Part shown: positions 1 to 9,886 of the stretch, one piece after another
Layout of the letters: every line of letters begins with the position of its first letter
Position numbering within the stretch: the stretch's first letter is position 1
Source: Candidatus Aminicenantes bacterium
GTDB taxonomy: Bacteria; Acidobacteriota; Aminicenantia; Aminicenantales; Aminicenantaceae
DNA length: 64,000 nt
Assembly: GCA_016927475.1 (NCBI GenBank)
Contig: JAFGMO010000012.1
Span: 120,875-184,874, forward strand
Direction: 5' to 3'
Notes under the pieces: generated by a model
Told to the model about the DNA's origin: nothing
The model's database searches: none
Seen by the model: only the letters and a program-made list of their open reading frames with translations
Made by a program: the position numbers and the translations under genes

Positions 1-97
1 CGTCAAAAAAAAAGAGGCCTTTAGACTTATTCCCCTGGTCAAAAAAATGGGAGCGACCGACATCCTGGAATATGAATTCAGAAAGGTGATCTCATGA
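1..97 (+). CDS. hisG: ATP phosphoribosyltransferase, 3' end (partial, long-form C-terminal regulatory domain)
   Basis: The frame ending at TGA 95-97 translates as ...LIPLVKKMGATDILEYEFRKVIS*. This resembles the HisG long-form C-terminus (E. coli ...LMPKLKALGASSILVLPIEKMM). The stop overlaps the hisC ATG (ATGA) and the gene heads a his operon. Confidence 0.5.
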   Translation, partial: VKKKEAFRLIPLVKKMGATDILEYEFRKVIS

Positions 98-1155
98 ATA
101 CCGTTAAAAAATGTGTGGCAGGACTCAGCGAATATTCGGTTCTTCAAGATATGGGAGTGATAAAACTCAATCAGAATGAATCGCCCCGGGATATTCCACG
201 GGAGGTCAAACAAAAAATATTGTCACGGATGGAAACATTATCCTGGAACAGGTATCCTCCCGCTGTTCCGGATTCTCTTAAGGAAAGGCTTTCGGACTAC
301 ACCGGTTTTCCCTCCTCCGGAATATTAATCGGCAATGGTTCGAACGAGCTGATACAAACCCTGGTTTATGCCTTCTGTGATTCGGGAGACCGGGTGCTTG
401 TTATCCAACCGGGATTTTCAATATATGAACGAATAAGTGAAATCATGAATGTTTCCGTGGTGAAAGTTCCTCTTAAAAAAAATTTTTCCTTCGACGTGGA
501 GAGCTTGATTTGCGGAAGCCGTGATGTCCGGCTGATGATTGTGGCCTCTCCCAACAACCCGACCGGCACCCGGCTGACGGGAAAACAGGCCGAACAGCTT
601 CTGAAAGGCGTCTCATGTCCTGTCGTTATCGATGAGGCTTATTATGAATTTTCGGGTCAATCTTTCACCAAGTTCATCCAAAAGGGATTTCCTCTTTTTG
701 TGCTGCGAACATTTTCCAAAGCTTTTTGCCTGGCTGGGTTACGGCTGGGTTATGTTCTTGGCGCCGGAAAAAATATTCTCCAGTTGGGGAAAGCGAAGCT
801 TCCTTTTTCCGTGGATATTTTTTCCCAGATAGCCGGAGAAGTGCTGATGGAAAACCGTTCCTTTCTGGAGAGCAACCTTCGGGAAATCGTTCAGGAACGG
901 GAACGGGTGTATGCGGAACTCAAAAAATGTCCAGGAATTTCTCCCTATCGGTCCTCAGCCAATTTTATTTTATTCCGCTGTGAAGGAATGAAGGGGACAC
1001 AACTTTTTCGCAGGTTGTATGAACAGGGGATTCTTGTACGTTCCTTCCGTGAGGCCTGTTTGAGCGATATGCTTCGTGTGACGGTGGGGCGGGCCGAGGA
1101 AAACACGCTGTTTTTGGAAAAAATGGCGGATATCATGCAGGGAGGAAAAAAATGA
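94..1155 (+). CDS. hisC: histidinol-phosphate aminotransferase
   Basis: 353 aa with a class II aminotransferase fold and typical HisC N-terminal motifs (LNQNESP, RYP). It lies in his operon context. Confidence 0.9.
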   Translation: MNTVKKCVAGLSEYSVLQDMGVIKLNQNESPRDIPREVKQKILSRMETLSWNRYPPAVPDSLKERLSDYTGFPSSGILIGNGSNELIQTLVYAFCDSGDRVLVIQPGFSIYERISEIMNVSVVKVPLKKNFSFDVESLICGSRDVRLMIVASPNNPTGTRLTGKQAEQLLKGVSCPVVIDEAYYEFSGQSFTKFIQKGFPLFVLRTFSKAFCLAGLRLGYVLGAGKNILQLGKAKLPFSVDIFSQIAGEVLMENRSFLESNLREIVQERERVYAELKKCPGISPYRSSANFILFRCEGMKGTQLFRRLYEQGILVRSFREACLSDMLRVTVGRAEENTLFLEKMADIMQGGKK

Positions 1156-1826
1156 CGGCTGTGTTGTTCGATATGGATGGGGTATTGGTCGATGTGTCCC
1201 GTTCCTACCGGGAAGCTGTTCATCAAACCATTTTTCATTTCAGCGGACGTGATGTTTCGGACGAGGAGATCCAGTCCAACAAAAACAAGGGAGGATATAA
1301 CAATGACTGGGACTTGTCTCTGAAGCTCCTTCAGGACAGGGGGTTTAAACTTTCGAAAGGAGAGGTTGTCGATGCTTTTCAGAAAATATACCTCGGCCGG
1401 GATTTTAACGGCCTGATTCGAAACGAACGCTGGCTCCTGAAAAAAGATCTTTTAATGGCCATATGCCAAAGGTTTCCTACCGGTATTGTCACCGGCCGTC
1501 CCCGGAAAGAGACGGACTATGTCCTGAATAGATTTTCCGTAGATTCTTTTTTTCCCGTGGTAGTGACCATGGATGATGTGCCTCCGGGCAAGGATAAACC
1601 CGATCCTTACGGAATCCTTTTGGCCCTCCGGGCTTTGGAGGAACAACATGGTTTGTATTTCGGGGATACCGTGGACGATATGAAAGCCGCCCGTAAAGCC
1701 TCGTTGACACCGGTTGGGATTGCAAGGGAAGGGAAATCCCGCCGGGAACAAACCCGTATTCTTCGGGAGAGCGGAGCATCGGCGGTTCTTTCGGATATTA
1801 ATGATTTGATGGAGGTTTTACCGTGA
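1152..1826 (+). CDS. HAD-superfamily hydrolase, candidate histidinol-phosphate phosphatase
   Basis: The N-terminal DMDGVL motif is HAD motif I. The gene is translationally coupled (ATGA) between hisC and hisB. HisB here is the monofunctional dehydratase only, so a separate HolPase is expected. Confidence 0.6.
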   Translation: MTAVLFDMDGVLVDVSRSYREAVHQTIFHFSGRDVSDEEIQSNKNKGGYNNDWDLSLKLLQDRGFKLSKGEVVDAFQKIYLGRDFNGLIRNERWLLKKDLLMAICQRFPTGIVTGRPRKETDYVLNRFSVDSFFPVVVTMDDVPPGKDKPDPYGILLALRALEEQHGLYFGDTVDDMKAARKASLTPVGIAREGKSRREQTRILRESGASAVLSDINDLMEVLP

Positions 1827-2431
1827 GAAGGGAAGCGGAGGTAAAAAGAAAATCAAAAGAGACATCCGTTTCCGCCTCGGTCGTTCTTGAAGGATCGGGC
1901 CAGTATGTGATAAGGACTCCTATCGGATTTTTCAATCATATGATTGAATCGTTCGCCAAACACGGGTTATTTGATTTAACCTTGATAGCCGATGGGGATC
2001 TGAAAGTGGACCAACATCATCTCATTGAGGACTGCGGATTGGTTTTAGGCCGTGTTTTCAGCAAGGCGCTTGGGTCGAGAGAAGGAATCAACCGGGCCGG
2101 ATATTTTGTTTATCCCATGGATGAGGCTCTGGCCGTTGTGGCTGTGGATTTGAGCGGGCGTCCTTATCTGCAGTATGAAACCCGGTTTAAAAGAAGATAT
2201 TGCGGTGATCTGGATAACGATCTTTTGGAAGATTTTTTCCAGGCTTTTGCTATCCAATTGCGGGCTAACGTTGTGGTCCGCATGCCTTTCGGCCGAAGCG
2301 ATCATCACAAGATGGAAGCCGTGTTTAAAGCCTTGGGACGTTCGATGCGAATGGCCTGCTCCAAGGATATCCGGGAAGGAAAACAGGTGCCTAGTGTGAA
2401 AGGACTGATTGATGAAAATTGGAATCGTTGA
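1823..2431 (+). CDS. hisB: imidazoleglycerol-phosphate dehydratase
   Basis: 202 aa with IGPD motifs (HHLIED, DQHH-type metal ligands). Confidence 0.9.
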   Translation: MRREAEVKRKSKETSVSASVVLEGSGQYVIRTPIGFFNHMIESFAKHGLFDLTLIADGDLKVDQHHLIEDCGLVLGRVFSKALGSREGINRAGYFVYPMDEALAVVAVDLSGRPYLQYETRFKRRYCGDLDNDLLEDFFQAFAIQLRANVVVRMPFGRSDHHKMEAVFKALGRSMRMACSKDIREGKQVPSVKGLIDENWNR

Positions 2432-3014
2432 TTATGGAGCGGGAAACCTTCGTTCGGTACGGAATGCCTTTGATTATCTGGGTATGAAAAGTTTGATCGT
2501 TGATTCGCCGTCCCAATTGAAAGAATTGGATAAATTGGTCCTGCCGGGAGTCGGTGCTTTCGGGCACGCTGTGGGGAGGATGAGAGATGCCGGATTTTTT
2601 TCCCCCGTATATGACTGGCTGAAAGAGGACCGGCCCTTTTTGGGAATTTGCCTGGGATTTCAGATGTTGTTTGATTTAAGCGATGAGTCCCCGGATGAGA
2701 AGGGATTTGGTTTTTTTGAAGGAAGCTGCCGGCGGTTCCGGGAAAGGAAAGTTCCCCAGATCGGATGGAACGCCGTTCAAACCGGAGGAAACACGCTTCT
2801 TTTTGACGGGATTCCTTCCGGAGAACATTTTTACTTCGTTCACAGTTATTATGTTGCAGCCGGGGATGGCGGGATGGTTCTCGGCCGGACGGAATACGGC
2901 CTTTCTTATGTTTCTGTAGTGGGAAACGGACATGTTTTTGGGGTACAGTTTCATCCTGAAAAAAGCGGCGAGGCCGGTCTAACGCTTCTGGAGAACTGGG
3001 GGAAAAAATGCTGA
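2409..3014 (+). CDS. hisH: imidazole glycerol phosphate synthase, glutamine amidotransferase subunit
   Basis: N-terminal MKIGIVDYGAGNL and a class I GATase catalytic triad region (GICLGFQ). Confidence 0.9.
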   Translation: MMKIGIVDYGAGNLRSVRNAFDYLGMKSLIVDSPSQLKELDKLVLPGVGAFGHAVGRMRDAGFFSPVYDWLKEDRPFLGICLGFQMLFDLSDESPDEKGFGFFEGSCRRFRERKVPQIGWNAVQTGGNTLLFDGIPSGEHFYFVHSYYVAAGDGGMVLGRTEYGLSYVSVVGNGHVFGVQFHPEKSGEAGLTLLENWGKKC

Positions 3015-3760
3015 CTGTAAGGATCATTCCATGTCTCGATGTTGAGGACGGCCGGGTCGTCAAGGGAATACGTTTTACTGATTTACAGGAGGCCGGGGAT
3101 CCCGTGGACCTGGCGGCTGATTATAATGAACAAGGCGCCGATGAAATCGTTTTTCTTGATATAGGAGCTTCCTACCGGCGCCGGAAAACGATGGTTGATG
3201 TTGTCAATCAGGTTTCCCGTCGAGTTTTTGTTCCGTTGACTGCAGGCGGAGGGATTCGTTCCGTTGAGGACATGCGAATTCTTCTTCAGTCGGGAGCCGA
3301 TAAGGTGGCCGTCTGTTCGGCGGCCTTGAAAAGGCCCGGCCTGATTTCTGAAGGGGCTGAGGTCTTTGGATCGCAGTGCCTGGTTCTATCCATCGATGCC
3401 AAGCAGCACGGTGGAAGCTGGCGGGTTTATTCCCATGGAGGCCGTATCGATACGGGCCTGGATGTCTTGGAATGGGCCAGGCAAGGAGAAAAACTGGGGG
3501 CTGGTGAGATTCTGCTGAATTCCATCGACGCCGACGGGACACGGGAAGGATTTGATCTTGAGCTTACGCGCAAGGTGGGCGAAATCCTTTCCATTCCCGT
3601 GATCGCCTCGGGTGGGGCGGGAAGCCTGGCGCAGATTTATGCCGCTTTTTCTCAAGGGAAGGCGGATGCGGCCCTGTTGGCTTCCCTTTTCCATTTCAAG
3701 GAATATACGGTCAGAGATGTTAAAACTTATCTCAAGATGAAAGGAATCAGGGTTAGATGA
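3008..3760 (+). CDS. hisF: imidazole glycerol phosphate synthase, cyclase subunit
   Basis: Begins [14 protein letters not shown] and has a (beta/alpha)8 HisF signature. Confidence 0.9.
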   Translation: MLTVRIIPCLDVEDGRVVKGIRFTDLQEAGDPVDLAADYNEQGADEIVFLDIGASYRRRKTMVDVVNQVSRRVFVPLTAGGGIRSVEDMRILLQSGADKVAVCSAALKRPGLISEGAEVFGSQCLVLSIDAKQHGGSWRVYSHGGRIDTGLDVLEWARQGEKLGAGEILLNSIDADGTREGFDLELTRKVGEILSIPVIASGGAGSLAQIYAAFSQGKADAALLASLFHFKEYTVRDVKTYLKMKGIRVR

Positions 3761-5028
3761 TTATCCCTTCGATTGATCTTATGGAAGGACGCGCCGTACA
3801 ACTGGAGCAGGGAAGGAAAAAAGTCCTAGATGTCGAGTCCCCGGTGAGCCTGGCGGAGGATTTTTCCCGTTTTGGTGAGCTGGCCGTGATTGACCTGGAT
3901 GCTGCCCTTGGAAGAGGGACAAACGAGGAAACCATCAAGAAAATTTGCCGTGTGGGGGACTGCCGGGTTGGTGGAGGGATTCGTACTGTTCATGCGGCGG
4001 AAAAAATGTTTTCATTCGGAGCCCGCCGGATTATTGTCGGAACCCAAGCTTTTTGTGAAAAAGGGATAAACCGGCAGTTTCTCGGTCGGCTGCGGACTGC
4101 CGTCGGCAGAGAAAATATTATCGTAGCGCTTGATGCTGAACAGGGGAAGGTTGTCACTCAGGGCTGGCGAAAACGAATGCAGCTTGATGTCCTGGATGTT
4201 GTGCAAAATCTGGAAGAATATGCAGCCGAGGCCCTTTTTACCTGTGTCGAAAGGGAAGGGTTGATGCGGGGAACGGATATCGAAGCTGTGGAAAGGCTCA
4301 GGTCCGCGACAGGATTGAGATTGACGGCGGCCGGGGGAATATGCTCGGCCGGGGAGATAGCGCGTTTATCGCGGATGGAGGTCAACGTTCAACTGGGTAT
4401 GGCCCTCTACAGCGGAAAAATATCCATTGAGAAGGCTTTTATATCTTCTTTGAAATGGAAGGAAGGGCTTCTCCCGACGATCGTTTTGGATTCTTCTTCA
4501 CAGGTATTGATGCTTGCCTACAGCAGCCCGGAGTCTTTGAAAAAAATGTTTTCCACGGCTAAGCTCTGGTTGTATTCCCGTTCCCGAAGTTCTTTGTGGA
4601 TGAAAGGGGAATCTTCTGGAAATATGATGTCTTTTGTGGGCATTCGGACGGATTGCGACGGTGATTCTCTCCTTGTTTCTGTGGATCCGTCAGGTCCGGC
4701 ATGCCATACGAGGCGATATTCTTGTTTTTCTGACAAGCGGTTCAGCCTTAAGGAGCTTGAGTCCGTCATCCGGGAAAGGATGAAATCCTGTCCTTCAGGA
4801 TCGTACACGGCCTCATTAACCCGGGAAAAAGCGAAAGAAAAAATTCTGGAGGAAGCGGATGAGCTGATTGCGGCTGAACAACATGACGATATTATTTGGG
4901 AGGCGGCGGACCTGTTCTATTTCATCCTCGCTTATCTGGTGAAAAGCGGTATTTCCCTGGACTCCGTACTCCGGGAATTGGAGAGGAGAAGACGGATTTC
5001 ATCAAAAGAATATCTTTCCGAGGAGTAA
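3757..5028 (+). CDS. hisA-hisIE: fused ProFAR isomerase (HisA) / phosphoribosyl-AMP cyclohydrolase (HisI) / phosphoribosyl-ATP pyrophosphatase (HisE)
   Basis: The N-terminal ~235 aa are HisA (IIPSIDL..G..V). The middle has the HisI signature WLYSRSRSSLWMKGESSG...DCDGDSLL...GPACHT. The C-terminal part is a HisE-like helical MazG-type domain (DDIIWEAADLFYFIL). Confidence 0.85.
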   Translation: MIIPSIDLMEGRAVQLEQGRKKVLDVESPVSLAEDFSRFGELAVIDLDAALGRGTNEETIKKICRVGDCRVGGGIRTVHAAEKMFSFGARRIIVGTQAFCEKGINRQFLGRLRTAVGRENIIVALDAEQGKVVTQGWRKRMQLDVLDVVQNLEEYAAEALFTCVEREGLMRGTDIEAVERLRSATGLRLTAAGGICSAGEIARLSRMEVNVQLGMALYSGKISIEKAFISSLKWKEGLLPTIVLDSSSQVLMLAYSSPESLKKMFSTAKLWLYSRSRSSLWMKGESSGNMMSFVGIRTDCDGDSLLVSVDPSGPACHTRRYSCFSDKRFSLKELESVIRERMKSCPSGSYTASLTREKAKEKILEEADELIAAEQHDDIIWEAADLFYFILAYLVKSGISLDSVLRELERRRRISSKEYLSEE

Positions 5029-5031
5029 GTC

Positions 5032-6312
5032 ATGAAGCGTATACATCCTGATGAGTTTGATTGTATAAAATATCCTTTACTGAACACCCTTGAAAAGCGC
5101 CGGATTTTAAGGGTTTTAAAAGACGTAAAAAAAAAGGGAGACAAAGCGGTAAGGAAATGGACCCGGCGTTTTGACGGAACTGACACCTCAAACTTACAGG
5201 TGCCGGAAGCCGCGGTCAAAAAAGCTTTTTCCCGGATGGATAAAGAACTGCTGAGAGCTATGGATTTTGCCGCCCGTAATATCCTGTCTTTTGCGCAGAA
5301 GCAGTTGGAGATGTATAAAAGCTTTGACTGGAGTCCTCTTCCCGGTCTTGTGCTTGGGCAGAGAATTATTCCGTTGAAAAGAGTCGGTATTTATGTTCCG
5401 GGAGGGAGATACCCGCTGTTTTCATCTCTTCTTATGGGTGTCCTGCCGGCGGTTGCGGCGGGTGTGGAGGAAGTAACGGTCTGTACACCGCCGAATCATG
5501 ACGGGGATATTCATCCGGCCATTTTAGCCGCGGCTCGAATGGCCGGCGTCAAGGAAATATTTAAAGTGGGAGGAATCCAGGCTGTTGCCGCCCTTGCCTA
5601 TGGAACAGAGTCTATAAAAAGAGTGGACATGATTGTCGGGCCGGGTAATCGTTATGTAACGGCGGCGAAAAAATATGTTTTCGGAAAAGTCGGCATTGAT
5701 TTTATTGCGGGGCCTTCTGAGGTGATGATAGTAGCCGACCGGTCGGCTGACGCCGGATTCATAGCGGCTGATCTGATTGCTCAGGCTGAGCATGATGAAT
5801 ATGCCCGGCCCATCCTTGTGACGGATTCAAGAGAATTGGCTGACCGGGTTGATGAAGAGATAGCAGGCCAGTTGAGCATGATGCAGGAAACCCATGTAGC
5901 CCGGGCGGCCCTAAGGAATAACGGGCAAACCGTGCTCGTTGAAAATCTGAAACAAGCCTTGGATTTGGTCAATAGGGGAGCTCCGGAGCATTTGGAAATA
6001 CACCTTAAGAACGCAACGTCTTTTGCCGGGCGTGTGAGGAATTTCGGCTCTCTTTTTATCGGGAAATATTCGGCTGAAGTCCTTGGGGATTACAGCGCTG
6101 GAATCAACCACATCCTCCCGACAGGTATGTCAGCCCGCTATACAGGCGGCTTAAGTGTCGGACATTTTTTAAAAGTTCAGACCGTTATGCGTGCGAAAAA
6201 AAAAGGATTCCTGTCGGCCGGCCCCCCGGCCTTCAAGATGGCCGAGGCGGAGGGTTTGGAAGGACATACCCGGGCCGTTGCTTTGAGATTGAATCGGACC
6301 CGTTTATCCTAG
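5032..6312 (+). CDS. hisD: histidinol dehydrogenase
   Basis: 426 aa with the QAEHD motif and typical HisD length. It is the last gene of the his cluster. Confidence 0.9.
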   Translation: MKRIHPDEFDCIKYPLLNTLEKRRILRVLKDVKKKGDKAVRKWTRRFDGTDTSNLQVPEAAVKKAFSRMDKELLRAMDFAARNILSFAQKQLEMYKSFDWSPLPGLVLGQRIIPLKRVGIYVPGGRYPLFSSLLMGVLPAVAAGVEEVTVCTPPNHDGDIHPAILAAARMAGVKEIFKVGGIQAVAALAYGTESIKRVDMIVGPGNRYVTAAKKYVFGKVGIDFIAGPSEVMIVADRSADAGFIAADLIAQAEHDEYARPILVTDSRELADRVDEEIAGQLSMMQETHVARAALRNNGQTVLVENLKQALDLVNRGAPEHLEIHLKNATSFAGRVRNFGSLFIGKYSAEVLGDYSAGINHILPTGMSARYTGGLSVGHFLKVQTVMRAKKKGFLSAGPPAFKMAEAEGLEGHTRAVALRLNRTRLS

Positions 6313-6339
6313 ATCCTTCGGTGGAAACGGGAATTCGTG

Positions 6340-7800
6340 TCAGGCTTCAGCTAAAAAATAATCGGCGACATTGATGTCGTATTTATCCGGGTCTAAAGAT
6401 TTGTGTATGAACCGCTGGGGAACTTCTTCGGAGCCTATTTCTGCAAGGTCGATAAGCTCTCCATTTATCTTGTTTCCATCCGCATCGGTAATAAGTTGGA
6501 CTTTCGGGCGGGTGATGTGCTCTTCCTCGGGATTGGTTTCCATGACAATCCCTATCTCTCCGGTGTTTAGGATAATTAATTCCCCTATAGGGAAGATGCC
6601 GATCATTTTAACGAAGACTTTTAGAAGAATGGGATCGAATTCCGAGCCGCTTCGCTCAATCATAAGGCTGAGGGCATTGCTCCTGCTCAGGGCATGATCC
6701 CGGTAGGCCCTTTTGGTGGTTATGGCATCGAAAAAATCACAGATCTTGATGATACGGCTGAAAAGAGATGTGTCTTCAATTTTCCAGCACTGAGGATATC
6801 CGGAAAGATCATTGCAGAGGTGGTGCTCCAGAGCTACGTGGAGAGAGATGATGGGTAAGGAACTGACTTCACTGAGCCTGGCCAGTTTTCCCGCACCAAA
6901 ATAGGGGTGTTTCTCGATGATTTTTTTCTCCTCAGGTGTTAAAGCGGTCGGTTTTTCAAGAATTTCTTTGGGAATATCCAGTTTGCCGATATCGTGAAGA
7001 AAGGCACAGATGCTTAGATCAAGGAGTTCATTCTTTTCAAAACCGAGTCGCCTTCCTATGCAGGCCGCCAGTACGGAAACGTTGACGGAATGATTGAGTT
7101 CATATTCGCTGTAATTTTTGATGTTGGTAAGTCCGATCATAAATGCTTCATCCTGAACGATAAGATCAATGATCGACTGCATGAGCCTTCGGGTTGTTTT
7201 GAATCGAATCCTTTTATTCTGTTGCTCCTTTTCAAAAAGCTCGTTGAGGTAGACAATACATTTGAAAAAAACTTTTTTGGCGTATTTTCTGATCTGAACT
7301 TTTTCTTTTCGGGCGAGTATCCCAAAGGGATGGAGTTTTTCGAGCCAGATATGGTTGATGGGAATTGTTTTCATTTTTTGTACGATCTCATCGAAGGGGT
7401 CTTTTAATTTTTGGGTGTCTTTTGTTATCAGAACGAGAAACTGCTCCATATCCTTTTTTTCCAAACCCGGTTCGAAGCTGATCAAACCGATTGCCTTTTT
7501 CTCGAGTTCATCGGATAGAAATTTTTGGCTATGGTAGCTTGAAAAACTGAGTTTGACCCGAATGGAATTGATGTAAAAGATATTGTCGCGAAGCAGAAGC
7601 ACGGCTTCCCCTTCTTTTTTCAGCAAACCGGTTACAAGATCATAAAGAATGTTTGCCTGCTTGAGAAAAGTGATATTGTTGGGTTCGTAAATCTGTGCTG
7701 TTTTTACACCCGCAGATATCTTGGAGATGATATCCTCGATGGTTTTGGCAAATTCCTTGTCTTCCTGCCTATCTTTTCTAGTCGGTTTTGTTATTTCCAT
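6340..7800 (-). CDS. HD-GYP domain phosphodiesterase (putative c-di-GMP phosphodiesterase)
   Basis: The C-terminal region has HDIGK...HH...SGYPQ (HD-GYP signature). The N-terminal region is an uncharacterised sensory part. Confidence 0.8.
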   Translation of the reverse strand: MEITKPTRKDRQEDKEFAKTIEDIISKISAGVKTAQIYEPNNITFLKQANILYDLVTGLLKKEGEAVLLLRDNIFYINSIRVKLSFSSYHSQKFLSDELEKKAIGLISFEPGLEKKDMEQFLVLITKDTQKLKDPFDEIVQKMKTIPINHIWLEKLHPFGILARKEKVQIRKYAKKVFFKCIVYLNELFEKEQQNKRIRFKTTRRLMQSIIDLIVQDEAFMIGLTNIKNYSEYELNHSVNVSVLAACIGRRLGFEKNELLDLSICAFLHDIGKLDIPKEILEKPTALTPEEKKIIEKHPYFGAGKLARLSEVSSLPIISLHVALEHHLCNDLSGYPQCWKIEDTSLFSRIIKICDFFDAITTKRAYRDHALSRSNALSLMIERSGSEFDPILLKVFVKMIGIFPIGELIILNTGEIGIVMETNPEEEHITRPKVQLITDADGNKINGELIDLAEIGSEEVPQRFIHKSLDPDKYDINVADYFLAEA

Positions 7801-7812
7801 TTCTAACTTTCT

Positions 7813-9615
7813 TTATGGTTTGCCCTTTTGAAAATCTTTGGGAAGTTCTTTTTTATCGGATAATTTTTGTAAGGATTGTTCACAGGCCCGGCTTATCATT
7901 TTATGGCTTTTTATTTTTCCTTCGAGGAGCAGCTCAACGGCTTTCTGCGAGCCGTTGAGTTCAAGTGCTTGAATGACAGCAAGACGAACTTTGTCCTGTT
8001 TTCTTTTTCCGAATAAGCTGGTTTTTTGAAGAAAGGAACGGAACAGCTCAAAGACCTCTTCATTATCCGTTCCGGCCAGGAATTTAAAGATTTCGGTCAT
8101 TTCCTTATCTTGTCTTTTTTTGAACCGCTTTTTTTGAACCAGGTCAACAAGGGCTTCGATGACGGGTTTGTCCGCAGGGAGATTCAGGTTTTTTGCGGCC
8201 TGAAGACGGATTTCCGGGTCCTTGTCATGGAGAAATTTCAGAAGCGTTCTGTTTGCGTATCCATATTCGAATGTTCCCAAAGCATGAATGAGGACTATTT
8301 TTATGTCCGGGTTTTTGCTCTCGGATAAAATGGCCAGAAGCGGAATGATCCCTTTTTCTCCAATGCTGACGATAATAGGAATAAGAGTTTTTATGACATC
8401 ATTGTTATATTTAGGTAAAAACGCGCTCAACTCGTTGATGTTCGTTCTGACAATTGCGTCTGTTATTCCAAATGTTCGATGCCGGATAGGGGAATCTTCA
8501 GATTCGTCCAGTATTTTGCAAAGGAGAGGAAGGCTTCTTTGACCAAGAAATTTAAGATAATCAAAAAAGGCGTCCATGTTTTCGATTTTTCCTTCCTGGT
8601 AATGGTCGGTGATGGTTTTTATGGAAGCCTTGTTCCGGACTTTATCCTTGAATCTTTCAATAATGAGGACTTTTTCGTCGTTGTGTCCGGTTAATATGTT
8701 TTGAAGTTCTTTCAAACGGTGCAATAGGAGAGAAATTTCTTCGTAGTCTTTTTCTTGAACGGCCTCCGGAATACATTTTTCCAGAACATTGAGAAGGGCG
8801 GAAAATTGAAAGTGTCGGTCCTCCAGATAAAGAATCTCGAAAATAAGAACGATGAGCTCGTTGAGGCTGGAAGCGTTACGAATGTCGTTTATTTGCTTCT
8901 GGAGTTTTTCCTCTTCGGCTTCGCTCAGTGCCGCTGAAACGGCTTCTTTAGTAGGGAGAATAGAAGAATAAGGGCCGCCTTCTCCGCGTGTGGTTTTATC
9001 CGCCTCAAAATCTCCACCCTGGCCCCGGGAGCCGGATATGTCCTGGCCGGGATTGTCATCATCATCGAGATGGACGGAACCTTTGCTTAGCTCTTCTTTT
9101 TCCACTTCGAACACAGATTTATCCTCGATATCTCCGATATCTGTATCCAGAAAATTATCAAGGGCGAAATACCCGATATGGGGAAAATTCTTTTCCCAGA
9201 GAGCTGTTACGATATCACATTCCTCTATGGGGAGGTCCGCATTGATCTTGAGTGTCCACATGAAATCGGTAAACTCATCCTGTTCCAATCCTTTATCAAA
9301 TGAAAGCTGCCGTACGCCGTCTTTGAAAAATAAGAAGGGAAGACATTTGGTCTCATTTTCGTAGCGTTCCACGACTTTTTCTTCGAATAGGAAGGCAGAG
9401 TTGTCGACTCCAAGGAAAAGACTATCGTAGGCGTCGAGGAACCGATGCATTTCCAAAAAGAGGACTTCCGTTGTGTTGATAACGGCCGGACTGTCAGCGG
9501 GATAAACTTTCATCACATGAAACGTCTTGTCGAAGGATTTTACGATCTTTTGAACTTCTTTGAATTCCCTTTGTGTGGCTTTCTGAATGCGGTCGCTGGA
9601 AAAATTTTTTGCCAT
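7813..9615 (-). CDS. HEAT/PBS-lyase repeat protein
   Basis: The C-terminal half has repeated ..DP.IR..A..L.. HEAT-like units (DPEIRLQAAKNL). There is an acidic low-complexity linker. It sits 13 bp upstream of the HD-GYP gene on the same strand. Confidence 0.55.
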   Translation of the reverse strand: MAKNFSSDRIQKATQREFKEVQKIVKSFDKTFHVMKVYPADSPAVINTTEVLFLEMHRFLDAYDSLFLGVDNSAFLFEEKVVERYENETKCLPFLFFKDGVRQLSFDKGLEQDEFTDFMWTLKINADLPIEECDIVTALWEKNFPHIGYFALDNFLDTDIGDIEDKSVFEVEKEELSKGSVHLDDDDNPGQDISGSRGQGGDFEADKTTRGEGGPYSSILPTKEAVSAALSEAEEEKLQKQINDIRNASSLNELIVLIFEILYLEDRHFQFSALLNVLEKCIPEAVQEKDYEEISLLLHRLKELQNILTGHNDEKVLIIERFKDKVRNKASIKTITDHYQEGKIENMDAFFDYLKFLGQRSLPLLCKILDESEDSPIRHRTFGITDAIVRTNINELSAFLPKYNNDVIKTLIPIIVSIGEKGIIPLLAILSESKNPDIKIVLIHALGTFEYGYANRTLLKFLHDKDPEIRLQAAKNLNLPADKPVIEALVDLVQKKRFKKRQDKEMTEIFKFLAGTDNEEVFELFRSFLQKTSLFGKRKQDKVRLAVIQALELNGSQKAVELLLEGKIKSHKMISRACEQSLQKLSDKKELPKDFQKGKP

Positions 9616-9823
9616 CTATGCTTTTCCCTTCATTTCTTTTTATGGAGAATGGGAAAATGGCACCACATGATGTTGTCAATAAAAGAAGCCGGAAAACAGG
9701 ACTTCCGGGTTAAAATGTTTACCTTCAAATACACTAATACCCCTCTGAACATTTCCAATTCTAATCAAAATATTGTGAAAGGGCAACCCCCAAATCTTTT
9801 TCCAGGGGAGAATTATATGGAAA

Positions 9824-9886
9824 TGAAATTATCTATGGGTGTTGGCCAGATTTATGAATAGTGCAGGATAGCCTGCTTTATTCAGA
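9824..9886 (-). mobile_element. degenerate fragment of the MITE-like family (left arm plus TIR-like 16-mer)
   Basis: 9826-9867 matches the reverse complement of the left ~45 bp of the copies at 21529 and 25830. An adjacent cctgctttattcagag resembles the element terminus and overlaps the OMP gene stop. Confidence 0.5.

Noticed and set aside
2305-3063. 252-aa minus-strand ORF overlapping hisH/hisF, plus many other 60-140-aa antisense ORFs throughout the his operon (for example 366..569, 945..1238, 3204..3542, 4518..4808)
   Set aside because: They lie entirely antisense to well-supported his genes and are Arg/Ser/Pro-rich and low-complexity. They have no RBS context or recognisable motifs. They are typical spurious ORFs of a ~50% GC genome.
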